A stretch of DNA of 64,000 nt from assembly GCA_017499595.2 (NCBI GenBank), contig CM039001.1, positions 3,100,001 to 3,164,000 of the forward strand, in the 5' to 3' direction. The notes below the pieces were generated by a model that was given only the letters and a program-made list of their open reading frames with translations, did no database searches and was not told the DNA's origin. Position 1 is the first letter of the stretch. Each line of letters starts with the position of its first letter. Positions 1 to 12,279 of the stretch are shown here, in pieces. The stretch comes from Psilocybe cubensis (taxonomy: Eukaryota). Position numbers and translations under genes: made by a program.

Positions 1-214
1 CCCGTGGACCATCCTCATGGTGGTGGTAACCACCAGCATATCGGAAAGGCTTCCACCATTGCCCGCTCCGCTGTTCCTGGACAGAAAGTCGGTCTCATTG
101 CCGCTCGCAGGGTACGTATCATGATCATAGTTTTGTACACGGCGTTTTGGAAGCTCACTATTCGCTCCATAGACTGGTCTGCTACGTGGTACCGTCAAAG
201 TCAAGGAAGTTTAG
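1..214 (+). CDS. RPL2: 60S ribosomal protein uL2 (yeast L2 / human L8), 3' end only
   Basis: [22 protein letters not shown]...[15 protein letters not shown] intron 112-172, then [13 protein letters not shown] (TAG 212-214). This is the conserved uL2 C-terminus. Confidence 0.97.
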
Positions 215-1161
215 ATATCTTGAATGTCTATCTTTTTTTCCACTCTTACTTTGTCTTTGCTCTCGTCCCACTTTTTTTCTCCTCATACTGTGGCGTCGGT
301 TGAAATACACTCCGTCATCGATGCACCCACCAGCACATTATACGATCCCATCCCCATCACTGCCCCGACCCATTGTGAACCTTACGTTCAGAAAAGGCAC
401 GTCTTGGCACGTTGTACGCTTTTATGCGTATGGTTTCTGGTTATCCCAGCCAGTCTCATACATCTCACAAAAATTATGCTTGATTATGCATTTTTATGAG
501 TCCTTCTGTCGTATGGTTTGAAACGATTGAGCGAGTGAATTGCTTTTATGCAGCCAATGTGGATGGAATTTTACCAATAAGGGTATTTAAGTTCACTTTG
601 TCCGGATTTGGTGTATCGATGTCCTTTTTAAGCGAAACTGCGTTCAAGGCGTTGGGTGAGTAACCCTCAAGATGCTTAGAAATTTAATAGGAGAGCGCGG
701 GGTGGCAATGTCGGTAGCTTCAAGTATGTTCATTAAAGCTGTTCGCTGCCAACACCGATGACCGCTTGAAGTCGGTTTGTATAGATGTACTCCAACGTGA
801 TTGGCAAATCGCTCGGCGCTGGACAGTGTCAAAATCTTTTTGTTTCTGTTGTACTTGTAGTAGTAAGAACATGTTTGGTAAAGTCTAAACAGAATGCAGG
901 AAAGTATTTTTACGAGAACATAGTAATTGCCGCGACAAGCTAAAAAAAAAGTAACGGAAACATTTCCAATAAATAAATAAAGGTATATATTCAAACAAGC
1001 CATGTATGGGTTTTATGTTTTTACAAGAGAAACCTAAGGATCTAAAGAGACAAGCGAGCTATAGAGTGTCCAATAAATAAAAATAAAAAGTCCAGTCAAG
1101 TCATAAGAGTCGTGTCGTAGCTATAATAAAACCATACCAATACGTGCAATAGTTAAATGTG

Positions 1162-1337
1162 TAATCGTGCAAGGGGAAAATAATCGTGCAAGGGGGAAAT
1201 AATTGTGCAAGGGGGAAATAATAGTGCAAGGGGGAAATAATCGTGCAAGGGGGAATAATCGTGGAAAGGAAAATAGTCGTGCAAATTGAAATGGTCGTGC
1301 AAAGTGATATAATCGTGCAAATGGAACCTTTGTGCAA
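1162..1337. repeat. Degenerate ~19-bp minisatellite (TAATCGTGCAAGGGGGAAA), ~8-9 units
   Basis: Units are directly visible and decay toward the right. Confidence 0.9.
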
Positions 1338-1670
1338 GAAACTGTAATGAGACACTGTACAGTGAAAAACTGCAGTTAAAACCTTGCAATGAAAAACTTT
1401 AGAATGACTAACCTGTGGGCGAGTTCACGAAGATCTGGAAATGGATAAGGAGTTCAAACACTCGTCAGTGCCGAACCCCGATGTTGCTTCCATCTTCCCG
1501 AAGGTGAGCGTCGCCGCCAAAGTGTGTACTTGCCATAGTACCATCCCCCGAAACAAACTGTACCAAGAGAGATATCCTGATCACTGAGAATATTCCAAAC
1601 AAATACTGCGCCGTGGGGCTGTGTGGTGCATACCATGTCCCGGTCCATCCACAATGAAAAACAAACAGAC

Positions 1671-2020
1671 CTAGCTGGACGGGAAATCCATCGACAGCCT
1701 GGTAGGGTTGTCCTTCGACAATGGCCATTGTCCTTGAACGACTCTCTTGCCCTCAACAAAGTCCTTGCCACTGGCGATACATGTTGACCGTGGCGTGGAT
1801 CTTGGAGCGGCTGTTTGGGAGATTGATTGAGGCCATGTGTGGGGTTCGTTGACTTGAATAAATACGGCAAATGTTTGGGTATAAAGGTGCTCAGCGGTGT
1901 TGCGAGTTGTGTACGAGTTTGATGACGAGGAGGTCGCGTTATCAATCATGTTGGATCTAGGAAAATACAACGTGTAAGCTGATGAAAAGCGGATCATGTG
2001 CTCTGAGGTGACTTACCAAA
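1671..2020 (-). pseudogene. Degenerate duplicate of the last intron and exon of orphan gene copy A
   Basis: TTG|GTAAGT donor and TTCCTAG acceptor. MIDNATSSSS...YTQTFAVFIQVNEP resembles VENATASSS...YKNVSIFVQADNP at 2560-2289. The downstream motif at 1675-1701 matches 2260-2288. Confidence 0.55.
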
Positions 2021-2288
2021 TCATCGTTAAAGCAGGCCCGTCCATCGAGGCCACAGTCTTTCCACATCCCACGCCCAACAAGTAACAATATCCAACTCCG
2101 GGTATAACCCAACCGCCTCAAAAATTGTCCGCAAAGAAAAAACCGCTACCATGCATTGCTCTAGAACACACTAACATCCACTTCAGATACCGGTCTGCCA
2201 GAAAAGCCCAATGAAACAAAGGCCAGAATATGAGCCAAAAAGGAGAAAAAGATCCAGGCTGGACGGAGTAAATCCATCGACGGCCTGC

Positions 2289-4116
2289 TTATATTCTCCT
2301 AGATGGCTTTCTTGAACGGCCAGGTTCTTTGGGCTGAGCAGGTTGGACAACGGAATAGTTGATCAAGTGGAAGTTGTTGCTTCTAGAGTCAGGGTTGGTC
2401 TTGTCAGGGCGATTGTAGCAGATGAAACCGAGGTTCGGGTTGTCGGCTTGAACAAAGATGGACACGTTCTTGTAGGGGCTAGGGTGGGATCTCTTGGGAT
2501 GGATGTAAAGGCGGGCAAAGGTCTTCATGGGCCTTGAAGACGAGGCGGTTGCGTTCTCGACCTTAGCGCCCTGTAACCAAAAGATACAGTATAAGAAACT
2601 GTAAAAACAAACAATCCACTGAGTTTCTTACCAAAGAGGCAACACGAGCGACAGTTCCAGGTAATACATCGGTCATTTTTCCTTTTCCTTTCCATTTCGA
2701 AGCTGAGTGATTGACGAAAACAGGGCCATTAGCGTTCATATTCAGCTTGACCTGGGTAGGGAGAGCAAACATACAATGTGAAATTTCACGGTCCTGATCC
2801 TGTTCAGTAGAGTAGGATTCATCGTCGGAAATGTGTTCCTCCTCGTGCTGAGCGGTAATGACGGAAAGTGCAATCTGAAGTATATGTTCATAGCCTAAAA
2901 AATGTGCTATGATTGAACGCTAATAGATTCAATATTAGACCGATAACAATATTAAAGACGTAAATAAAGACATACCCTTTTGTCTGCACCTGGTCCAAAC
3001 AAGATAAAGAAAAGAAAAAAACCAGTTATATCTATGCGACGTTTAGTTGTGGAGAGGTATTTCCTCAGATATTTGCAAATCTTAGAAAATAAGATAGCCA
3101 TGAGGATCATGATGAGAAAGATGAGAATGCCCGAAGGAAATGGGTATATCTGCCCTATAGTGACTGGGTCATCGTCGGGATTGCCGTCAGGGTCATTTTC
3201 ATCGACGTAAACTCTTGTGGGCTCTGTGACGTGTCCATTGCTTCCTTCAAGGTCAAGAGGAGTGTCTGAACGGAAGGAATCAACACCATTATACTGCAAA
3301 AGAGAATTTTTGTTGACGCACCCGTTATAGAACTGCTTGGATCTGAGCCTTCTTCTCTGTGGGCGCCATTATCACATTGACGCCACCACCTGAAAGAGTC
3401 TAAAAAAGAAGATTAACATCACTAAAGAAAAAGACTGTGGACAGCTTACCTGGGATCTGGACTGGGCAGGTCATGGGGGGTGCCTTGCGAGCTGCAAGGG
3501 CTTTAGCTACTATTCTTTCAGGCCATTTTCGATAAGGTATGCTCCCATTGTATTCAAACTTGCAAACGGGAGACAAATCCACAAGGACCAAATCTTTGGT
3601 CATTGCGGGAACTATTGCGAGTTCTTTGGAGGGAGGAACGATGAGATCATTCGTCATTGCGGGGACTACTGAGAGTACTTTGGAGGGAGGAACGATGAGA
3701 TCTTTCGTCATTGCGGGAATTGCTGCGACTTCTTTGGAGGGAGGAACGATGAGATCTTTCGAGTGGATAAAGTTATTTGTGGGAATTATCAGAGGAGAAT
3801 GATAGAGGGGTTGGTTGTTGCTTGAAATGTTGTAGTTGATTGGGTCAATTAAAGAACCGGAGACGATATGCAGCCATTCAAGGTAGGAAAACCCTGCTTC
3901 AAGGACGAGGTATCCCATGGGGGAAATCCTGATCAACGTAGAAGGCGGACGCGCTATATGGAGCGGGAGGTGTGGTCTGACGCTAGCTACGCCTGCGATA
4001 GACAACCCTCCGAAGAGTGCGACGGCCGTTAACGCTGGTCCAGGAGGGCCGACGTGATGAAAAGGCTGTAGGGATCCCCACCCTGGCGTGGGGGATGTCG
4101 CGCCAGTGGGCGACAT
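2289..4116 (-). CDS. Orphan 5-exon protein with hydrophobic segments, copy A (paralog of 40237-42173)
   Basis: ORFs 3400-4197, 2952-3299, 2563-2772 and 2289-2528 join in frame across four GT-AG introns. ATG at 4116 is conserved with copy B. TATAAAA on the minus strand near 4209-4215. Confidence 0.75.
3585..3760 (-). repeat. Coding 54-nt tandem repeat x3 (KDLIVPPSKEVAAIPAMT-like)
   Basis: Three near-identical units containing TTTGGAGGGAGGAACGATGAGATC. Confidence 0.9.
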
Positions 4117-4240
4117 CCAGAAGAAAGTTCTGCAGATGATAGGTTGTAGTGGATGCTTTGTTGGGTTCAGAAGTCTGGAGATGACAGGGATTGGCAATAA
4201 TGAACCAGTTTTATAGGTATTTTCAAGCTCCTTTGTTAGA

Positions 4241-4298
4241 GTATCTGTGTCAGCCGCCCCTAGTCCAGGGTATCTGTGTCAGCCGCCCCTAGTCCAGG
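4241..4298. repeat. Exact 29-bp tandem duplication in the promoter of copy A
   Basis: GTATCTGTGTCAGCCGCCCCTAGTCCAGG occurs twice in tandem. Confidence 0.95.
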
Positions 4299-5062
4299 CT
4301 AATTTGCTTGTGAACAATCGCGGATGTCGATCGCCCCGACTGTCCCGATCATTATCCATCCACCTTGATGATTTATACACATTAAGGGAATCTCATGAGG
4401 AATTTGCGACAAGTAAACCTGTTTGGATTGTCGAAACAGTATAAATGTGCAGAACAATCATTATCGTACCCAAACAAGGCCCCTCGTCAGATATGTGCAT
4501 ATGCCCATATGTCTTGAGGCTTCCGATTGCCAGCCGTTTGGACAAGAGCCCAATACGACATGGACGTCTTGCAAATAGACAAAGTTTCGAATTTAGCTCA
4601 TGTCTCTGAAAAAAGAAAATAAACTTACTTGTGCCTATTATCTGGAGAATTTATATTGATATAGCTTCATTAAACTTTGGGGTAAAATTGGTAGAACCGT
4701 AGCACATATTGCTTGGGGTGTCGTCTCTTTCGCAAGTTGGTTTGGACTTTGATGTGCCAATGTGCTGTCGTTTGGCAGTACAAAGAATTACAAATACCAG
4801 TGGACATTAAGGAAAGCCTTAAAGACGACAGAGTGTCAGTTGATTGGGCATGTTTGATTCAAAAATGAACATACACACCTGGCTGGTTCACAAGCAAAAA
4901 TAAAATACTGAATTTATCGCATGCTCCGAGTCATCCCCGCTACTGCCATGCCTCTCGAATGCCTGAACTTATTCCTACATGTCCACTATGCCAAAACTTA
5001 ACAGATAGTTATAAACATTTGCATATTCCGGATACGCTAGTTACGATGTCACACTCTCCACA

Positions 5063-6561
5063 CTAGAACGTTCTTTGAGAGGGTGCGAACCTGTTGCGCA
5101 AAAGTTTTGGATTTTCGCAGAATACGACTCGGCCCTGGATTACAAGCTTGATTTGGATGGCCACAGAAATCCGAGGAAGCACGTTCGCAGCAAATCTTTG
5201 GAGCTCTTGTGTCGAGATACTGTGTGTTTCGTTGCTGTTGTCTCGAGCATGGCGCACCTCGATTGTGATTTTGAACAATTCCAGATTGTAGAAGGATCTG
5301 CTGACGAATAGTCGGTCAATCGTATGCCAGTGCTGTGCTTGCTCGAGCTTTTCCAAAGACGTTCCACTGGAGTAGTCATAGATGGCGCTGAGCAGGAAAT
5401 GGAGCTCGATAGTTTTTAATTTGTTGGTGAAATCACATATGTTGAAGATGTTTAAAAAAGAGCGTTGGCATTCTTCGAGTAAAGCGATTATATCAGGTGA
5501 TGCTGCTTGAAACTTGAAGCATTGCAGTGATACCAGCCCCGAAAAAGAAAGTCCCTCCAGTGCAGGGAGCGAGTAAGCTAAAGGAGTTGTCACGATATCA
5601 GAACATGGTTTACGAACATAGTAAGAGACATACTGTAACGATGCCGGACGTGGAAATCCATTTCCAGTGTCTCTAAAGACGCAGACGCAGCCAAGACATA
5701 CTCCTGTAGCAGGCTCATATCATCTACATCGGAAGGCACTGATATTATCAAAGTATGAAGATGAGGGAAAAATGGCCGTGGAACGTTTGCACTTGGGAGT
5801 AAATCCAGAATGATGCGAAATAGAATCGGTACAGATACGTCAATCATCTCCAACTTCTTTAAGTCTGCGAGAGAGCTTGTGATTTCGATGCCTGGTGGGA
5901 TAACACGCCTAAGTCCCACAAAAGTACTGCGGATGGCTAATTCTTGAATGCTTCCTGAAAAGAAAGCAGCAGTAACAATTTCCTGTGAGACAGACGTGAT
6001 GTTGCATAAGGAAAACGATTTGAGATTGGGATAAGACAATATCCGTAGAATAGCTGGGTTGATGGAATGTACACCGTGAGCCCAGAGGAATGATGTCCCT
6101 TCTGGGGCCGCGAGGCAGAAGTGTGTCAGGTTGGGGTTTTCTAACATCTGAAAGACGTCAACGATATCGGGCTGCTTCCCAAAAAGTCGCTTGATGGACC
6201 GAAGAACCGACTCTCTTTCCTTCTGGCCTGAAAGACGTTGACCCATGATTGGTTCTTGGAAAAGTAGCTTGAGAGATTGTACGTTCCTAATTAACGAGAC
6301 CTTGTCATCCAAGTTCATCTGTTCTAAAACACGAACAAATCTGTTGCATCGTTGTGGAAGGGTGTCGTCTACAGAAAGGGTTACCTGTTTCCAAAGTCGC
6401 TTGCGTGCATTGTAGACAAATGATTTCGAGACTAGGCAACACGATCGAAGAGCAGCTTGAATTTCAAGTGGGGATTCGTCGAGATTGGCGAGATGGTCAA
6501 AAATCAAATTGATTATTTCTGGAGGCAAGGTAGAATGGTTTCGAGTTTGAATGGACGCCAT
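5063..6561 (-). CDS. F-box-like / LRR-like protein of an agaric-expanded type
   Basis: N-terminal LPPEIINLIFDHL...LRSCCLVSKSF motif and LxxLxL repeats. One intron (~5578-5633) joins ORFs 5590-6606 and 5063-5593. Confidence 0.75.
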
Positions 6562-6823
6562 AACGTGCCAAAAGGCCACAGGAGAGGTGTTTGCTGTCTG
6601 AATCAAATTCAGTGAATGACTCTTCGTGGTAAAAGTGCAACCTATTATTAGTCCACCACTTGAGCGATGACATCTAATTTCTCTTTGATTTATAATTAGA
6701 ATAGCAAAGTTCTGGACGCATATTTGAATTTTGGCTCTTCAAAAAAATCGTTATCAGGCTATGTCAGTGGAGGCTGCGAGCGGTTTTTCGACTTCTCTAA
6801 AATAGTTATTGTTTAAAACTATT

Positions 6824-6828
6824 AAAAA
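6824..6828 (-). terminator. Pol III oligo-T terminator of the tRNA
   Basis: T5 on the minus strand, 2 nt after the discriminator base. Confidence 0.75.
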
Positions 6829-6830
6829 GA

Positions 6831-6952
6831 TGACCGAGGTAGGGGTCGAACCTACAATCTCCTGATGATTACGTAAGCGAATTACGTAAGGAGCTAGCTA
6901 TAGTCGCTCACTGAAGTCGTAGTCAGACGCGATGCCATTTCGCCACACGGCC
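6831..6952 (-). tRNA. tRNA-Arg(ACG) with a 50-nt intron
   Basis: Reverse complement reads GGCCGTG-TG-GCGA-AATGGCA-TCGC-G-TCTGA-CT-ACG-A-[50 nt]-A-TCAGG-AGATT-GTAGG-TTCGACC-CCTAC-CTCGGTC-A. The intron is at the canonical 37/38 position. Confidence 0.93.
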
Positions 6953-7385
6953 ATATTTGTTCCGACGTAACAGTGTCATTTCAGGACCGTTAGGCTTAAC
7001 ACCTTTTTCCTCTGCAGTCGACTATCGCTGCAAGTGTTTTGGAAACGTAAAAGTAAGCATTTCGTCGTTCCTCTGGTGGCCGAAAGATGGCATCAAGTTC
7101 ATCTGATCGTCTGAACTTTTGATTATATGCTTTCTGGAAAACAGTGATCTTTTACCAGACAAACATTTTACAATTATGCAGTGAATCAGGTGGTGATTTG
7201 TCTACGCATCATGATGTGTCAGTTCTCAGCAGTCGCCGAGCTCAAGCTTGGAGCAATCAGCAGGTCATTCGGCAAGCCTTAAGAAGAGCCATATTATCAT
7301 CGAGCAGTCTGAACTTCCGACACTTACGGAGAGGTTGACTCGTCCTTTATCTGTCTTTCCAACTTCACCTCGCTTGTACCGCGAC

Positions 7386-8944
7386 ATGAACGAGGCTGGG
7401 GAATATGCCGTATTCCCGCTCACAGTCTTTGATAGACTGTTCGAACGTACTACATTCGTCACAGGGTGGCTCATAGAAGGAACCATTGACACCGCAGCCC
7501 TTGTCTCTGCATTACAGAGGGTCACTGAGAAATGGCGGATGTTATCAGGTAGACTGCAATCCACAGAACAGAATAATGTATGTCTTTCGCTTTCTGTCGC
7601 ATCCGATAAAGGTCGACCCTGCCATTAGAGCGTACAGTGGTTTCTCAAAATTCCCCTTGGTCGACTGCCCCATGATTATGCGACATTTAGCTTGACAACT
7701 TCGACTTCAACCACTCCTCTCTCGAAATATGTCAAGATCCCAATACCTTCTGTGTCTACATCTCTTCCTTTGGACGTGTTCCTCCATCCATCTACTCCCA
7801 AAAGTTACACGGTTTGGGAATCCAGCAACCACCCCCTGACATGCTGGAATATTACCTATTTTCCCGCCGCCAGCAATGGGGGTGTAGACTACACATGCAT
7901 TGGATTCGCGAGAAGCCATGGAATATTTGACGGAGGAGGAGCTGCGCTGGTGATCAACGCGCTCGTCGCAGAACTGAATGGCCGCGATTGGGAAGTGCCA
8001 CCTCTACCTCAGGCAGGACTGAATGTCAACCCTTTAGACGACGTCCTTGCGCGAGCGGCACAGGCTATTCAGTATTCCACTCCAGCTGATGCCTTTCCTG
8101 CCTATACAGTCGTTGGACCTGGTGGTGTTTTGAAGTTGGCAGCGTCGCATGTGAAGGAGCGGTTCTGGGCTGGCGCGGATCGACGCATAATCCTATTGCC
8201 AAAAGTTGTTCTAGATACTCTCGTCGAGGAGGTCAGGTCTTCCCTGCGCAATGGACAGAAGATAGTTGAGCATGTTACCACCGGTGACGTCTTGGTCGCC
8301 TGGATATTTAAAGTACGCACGCATCACCTTGTCTGTGGTTTATTTATCCATCTTTTTCTGTGCAGACGGTTTACGCATCAGGTACAAAACCACAAACCAA
8401 AATACACTGTACTAATTTTGCAAACTTCCGCACCATTCTGGGGTCCAAATATGCGGCTGCACAGACATTTCCCCACAACGCGTTCGTGCCGTTACCCTAC
8501 CCTATACTAACGGTCTCAGATGTACAATCTTTCTCATTGTCCACTCTAACCAATCTTTTTTCGGCTTCACGAATGTCGCTATCCATGGAGCATGTGGTGT
8601 CTGGGTACAAGCTGTTGCACAATAACTGCTTCCCGACGCCGCCGGGGGCCGATGAGACGATGACTGTCTCCAACGTTTCGGCGAGCCGAATCCTCGCGGC
8701 GGATTGGAGTGCAGTGGGATCTCGACGCACGCTGTGTGGATATAGGTATCAGGCCACCCCTACGGATGTGTTGTTTACCAACGCCGTATATATTTCTGGT
8801 CGCTTGGATGATGAAAGTACGGTGCTGGATGTTACCTTGAATAAAGCCAGGTATGACTTGCTTTCTGGACAAGTTCAACGGTTGGCTACCAGAATAGCGC
8901 GGAATCAAAAGTACAGTAAACCAGAAAAACGCGGCAAAAAATAA
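7386..8944 (+). CDS. CoA-dependent acyltransferase (HXXXD transferase family, BAHD/Tri101-like)
   Basis: SHGIFDG catalytic motif, ALQRVTEKWRMLSGRL, TTGDVLVAW and ADWSAVG. Two GT-AG introns (~7578-7630, ~8313-8365). Confidence 0.8.
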
Positions 8945-9366
8945 GCTGCATCCAGAGCTTCAAGTAGAATTTTCTGTTCGAGGTTATGATTTGTTTCGTC
9001 AAGTCGTACTTCATGCCACCGCTGTTGGATCGCACATATGTCACACATCACCACTGCTATAGCTGTCGCGATTCTGTTGAGATTGAAACTCGGTTATTGT
9101 CCTTTTTGATCATAATATTTAAACCATTGTGTGAGGGTTCCTGTGTCTCTCTTTCACAATTAGAAGCCCTGTTTTGTGACGATGATGAGATTGGAGATTT
9201 GCATCCTTCGGATTTAATTAATTGTTCCTGGTGCGTCGGCACACCTCCGATTGGACAGCTTTGTCATGTGCTGGCTCAATGGAGAATTGGTGCCGCTTGT
9301 GGAAGACCGAGTGTCAGCCGGGGTTGGGTGCCCTGCCCCCACTTATCCATCTTTGTTCCAACCACC

Positions 9367-11081
9367 ATGGCCACCACAGAGCCAGAGAAGATCTGGACTG
9401 AGAAAAACAGCCGCCATTCTGTCAACATCGGCTCTTCTTTGGGCAGGGCTCTCAAAAATAGGAAAAACAAGGACTCCCCAGCCCCTGCAAAGAAATCAGC
9501 TCTTCCTGAGCGCGATTTCTTCTCTTTTAAATGTGCGTTATGCTCCAGCTTTACCTACGGGACGTTAATGAAACGGCTAGTTATTTCTACAGTCAACTTC
9601 AAGCCGAAAGATGTCGACCTTACACAGCCGGCTACCCTGGACATCAGACAAGGCGCTGAAACGACACAGGTCAAAGTAGAATATCCCAGCACAACAAACG
9701 TGAGCAATCTTTCGTTCTGAATATCTCTACTGAGACTCAAACTACATGATAAATCAGCCCGAAATTGCCCATCCATTTAGTGGAACTGAAATTCCAGCTA
9801 AAGAAGTGGACTGCATCCTGATGTACGATACAGAGACTGGGGTACGTGCTAATGCGAATATCTGGCATGTTACTCATGGACACATCTATATAGACATATA
9901 CACTAGAGAAGATGGACTCGTTTGTAACGTATACGTATGAAGGAAAGCCTGTTGCTTCTCGCCGCACGGCGTCTCGTACGTTCCGCTCTATCCTTGCTTC
10001 CAATGCTTCGTTTTGACCTTTTGCTATAGCTTCACCAGGAGCCTCGATACCTTCGTCTTCTACAAGTGCTGCGAATACCAAGCAAGATGATTATAAAATG
10101 ACTCTGGAGGACTTTGGCATGGAAGAAGGAGAGTTTGAGGAATATGACGGAACTAAACCTATCCCCATCTCCTACATAGAACCAGTGAAGGAAGAGGAGG
10201 AAGAAGAGGAAGGAGAAGAGATAGAGATACCCTTACATCAAGCCCGCATACAGAAGCCACCACCACCTACTGTTACCCGCCCTGTCAAAGCCCTACCCAA
10301 ACCCAGAGCAAAGTCGAAATCTCCCCCACTCTCCAAGTCTCAATCATCAATGCCTCCACCTCCAGTACCTGCGTCCGCTCTGGCTTCTGCATCTGCCAGT
10401 TCACATCCTGCACCATCCATTAAAACCAAACCTGCCCCTGCGAAAACAAAGAAAGGCAAAGCTCCCGCACCTGTTCCTGCGCCTGTACCCAAACCTACAC
10501 CTCCGGCACCCATGCCTCTGGCCTCATATCCATCAGAAGAGATCATAGAAATTGTTAGACCCATCAAAAAGCAAAAAACCTCGACTCCCCAACAACCTCC
10601 ACCGACACCAGCACCTCCAGTGCGTTCTGGCATTGCGTTACCCGATGGAAATTCTGGGTTTGTTACTCTGCCATCTGCACCTCCAGCACCTCCGCCGCCT
10701 GCGCCAGTACAAGAAGCAGAGTCTTCAGACGAAGAGGAAGACTGGGAACCAGTCCCCACTGCGACACCGACGATCCCGCAAGCGTCCATGTCAAGCTTCA
10801 GCCACCATACTCTCGACCTCGAAGACCAGCTTGAGGATGAGATATTCGGCGATGGATTTGGGGATGAAGAAGGAGAGGGCGATGGCGACGATAGTGAGAT
10901 TGATCCGGATGATTTTGCGAGGCAGATGGAGGAAGAAGAGGACTTTTTGGGCGCTGCGATGTCGCCCGCGCCATCTGAACAAACTCGCCGGCCTATTTCG
11001 CTCAATGAATTGGCTGGTGGTGTTCCATTGGGAGATAGTGACGACGACTTTTCGAGCAGCGACGACAGTGAGGATGATTGA
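9367..11081 (+). CDS. ELL-associated factor (EAF)-type RNA Pol II elongation factor
   Basis: FFSFK|FNFKP...FSGTEIPAKEVDCILMYDTETG|TYTLEK N-terminal domain followed by a Pro-rich and acidic tail; several short introns. Confidence 0.75.
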
Positions 11082-12279
11082 TATTGACTTGGAATGCCAA
11101 TATAGAGGTTCGCCCTGTGGCGGAGGGCCTATACCTAGTTCGAGTGGACGATTATTCCCAACCCCGACGAGATCGTCTTATATCTGTGTCTGTTGCGATG
11201 CACTGACGCACTCGACGAGGGTTATCGGTGGTTGCTACTACTTTCTTGCTTTCTGTGTATCACACCTTTTTTTACTTATTCTTATGGAGGAAACTATATC
11301 TGCTACTCAACCTCAAAGGCTTCTATCTACATACATCTTTGCTCCAAGTTACGCATTATACAATTCATCTGTATTACATACATACCAGTCCATTTTTTCG
11401 ATCCCAAACAGAGAACATAAATCAAGCAATAATGTCTATGTGAATGTAGAGTTAAAATCAGACGATCCCGGGTAACGAATGAGGGTGATTGCTGAGGTTC
11501 CTATTGGAAACGGCCTGACCAGCACTCGGATTGCGCACGTCAACGAAACACGGTGAAACTATCAAGCGGTGAATGATGGTCTCATGGCGTGGCACAGGTA
11601 TTTTGTTCGAACCTAGAGTTTGTGATTCAGCTATCTAAAGTAAGCTGTAACAAGTTGCCACGAATACAGTATGCAATAGATGCAGGACTAAATGACGAAC
11701 AAAAAAGCAACCTCCCCAGGTTGATGTGCCAAAATCGAAATTGATGAGTGTAAGGACGAGAGAGAGAACGAAGTGCATAAAAAGGATGAAGGCAAGCAAA
11801 GGGGAAAAGGGTTCGATACTCACGAATGACATGGAAGGGTGACGAGGCGACACTAGGTCAGACTGGCCACCGCACCCACAACATTCGATTGTGCTCGGAG
11901 AACAAATCGATCCCCAATCCACATCGAGAGAAAGAACGGCAGAAAAAATGATTAAGAAAAATGCAAGATGACGGCGTCGCCAGCAAATAAAAAAGGAAAA
12001 CAAGTGTCCGAAGTCGTCTGGTATCAGATAATGAGTCCATAGTCCGAAAAATAAAGGATGCATGTCTCGAGACAGCGAAAAAGAATGCCTTTCTTGAAAA
12101 AAGCCTTGTCGTGACAACTCCCCTCCTGCTGCCAGCCCAGCCAGAGAAGTTCTAAAGAAACTTCGCCTTCAGCGTAAAATAATCCATAAGGTTTACAATT
12201 GTTGCATTAAATCTAGGGTTGTGATGTTCCATGATTAGTAGATCGGTTGTATGGAAGGGCTTTTGAGGGCGAATGTGCT

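Noticed and set aside
1162-1337. Minisatellites here and at 42790-42940 as CRISPR-like arrays
   Set aside because: Units are contiguous with no unique spacers, there are no cas genes, and the context is eukaryotic.
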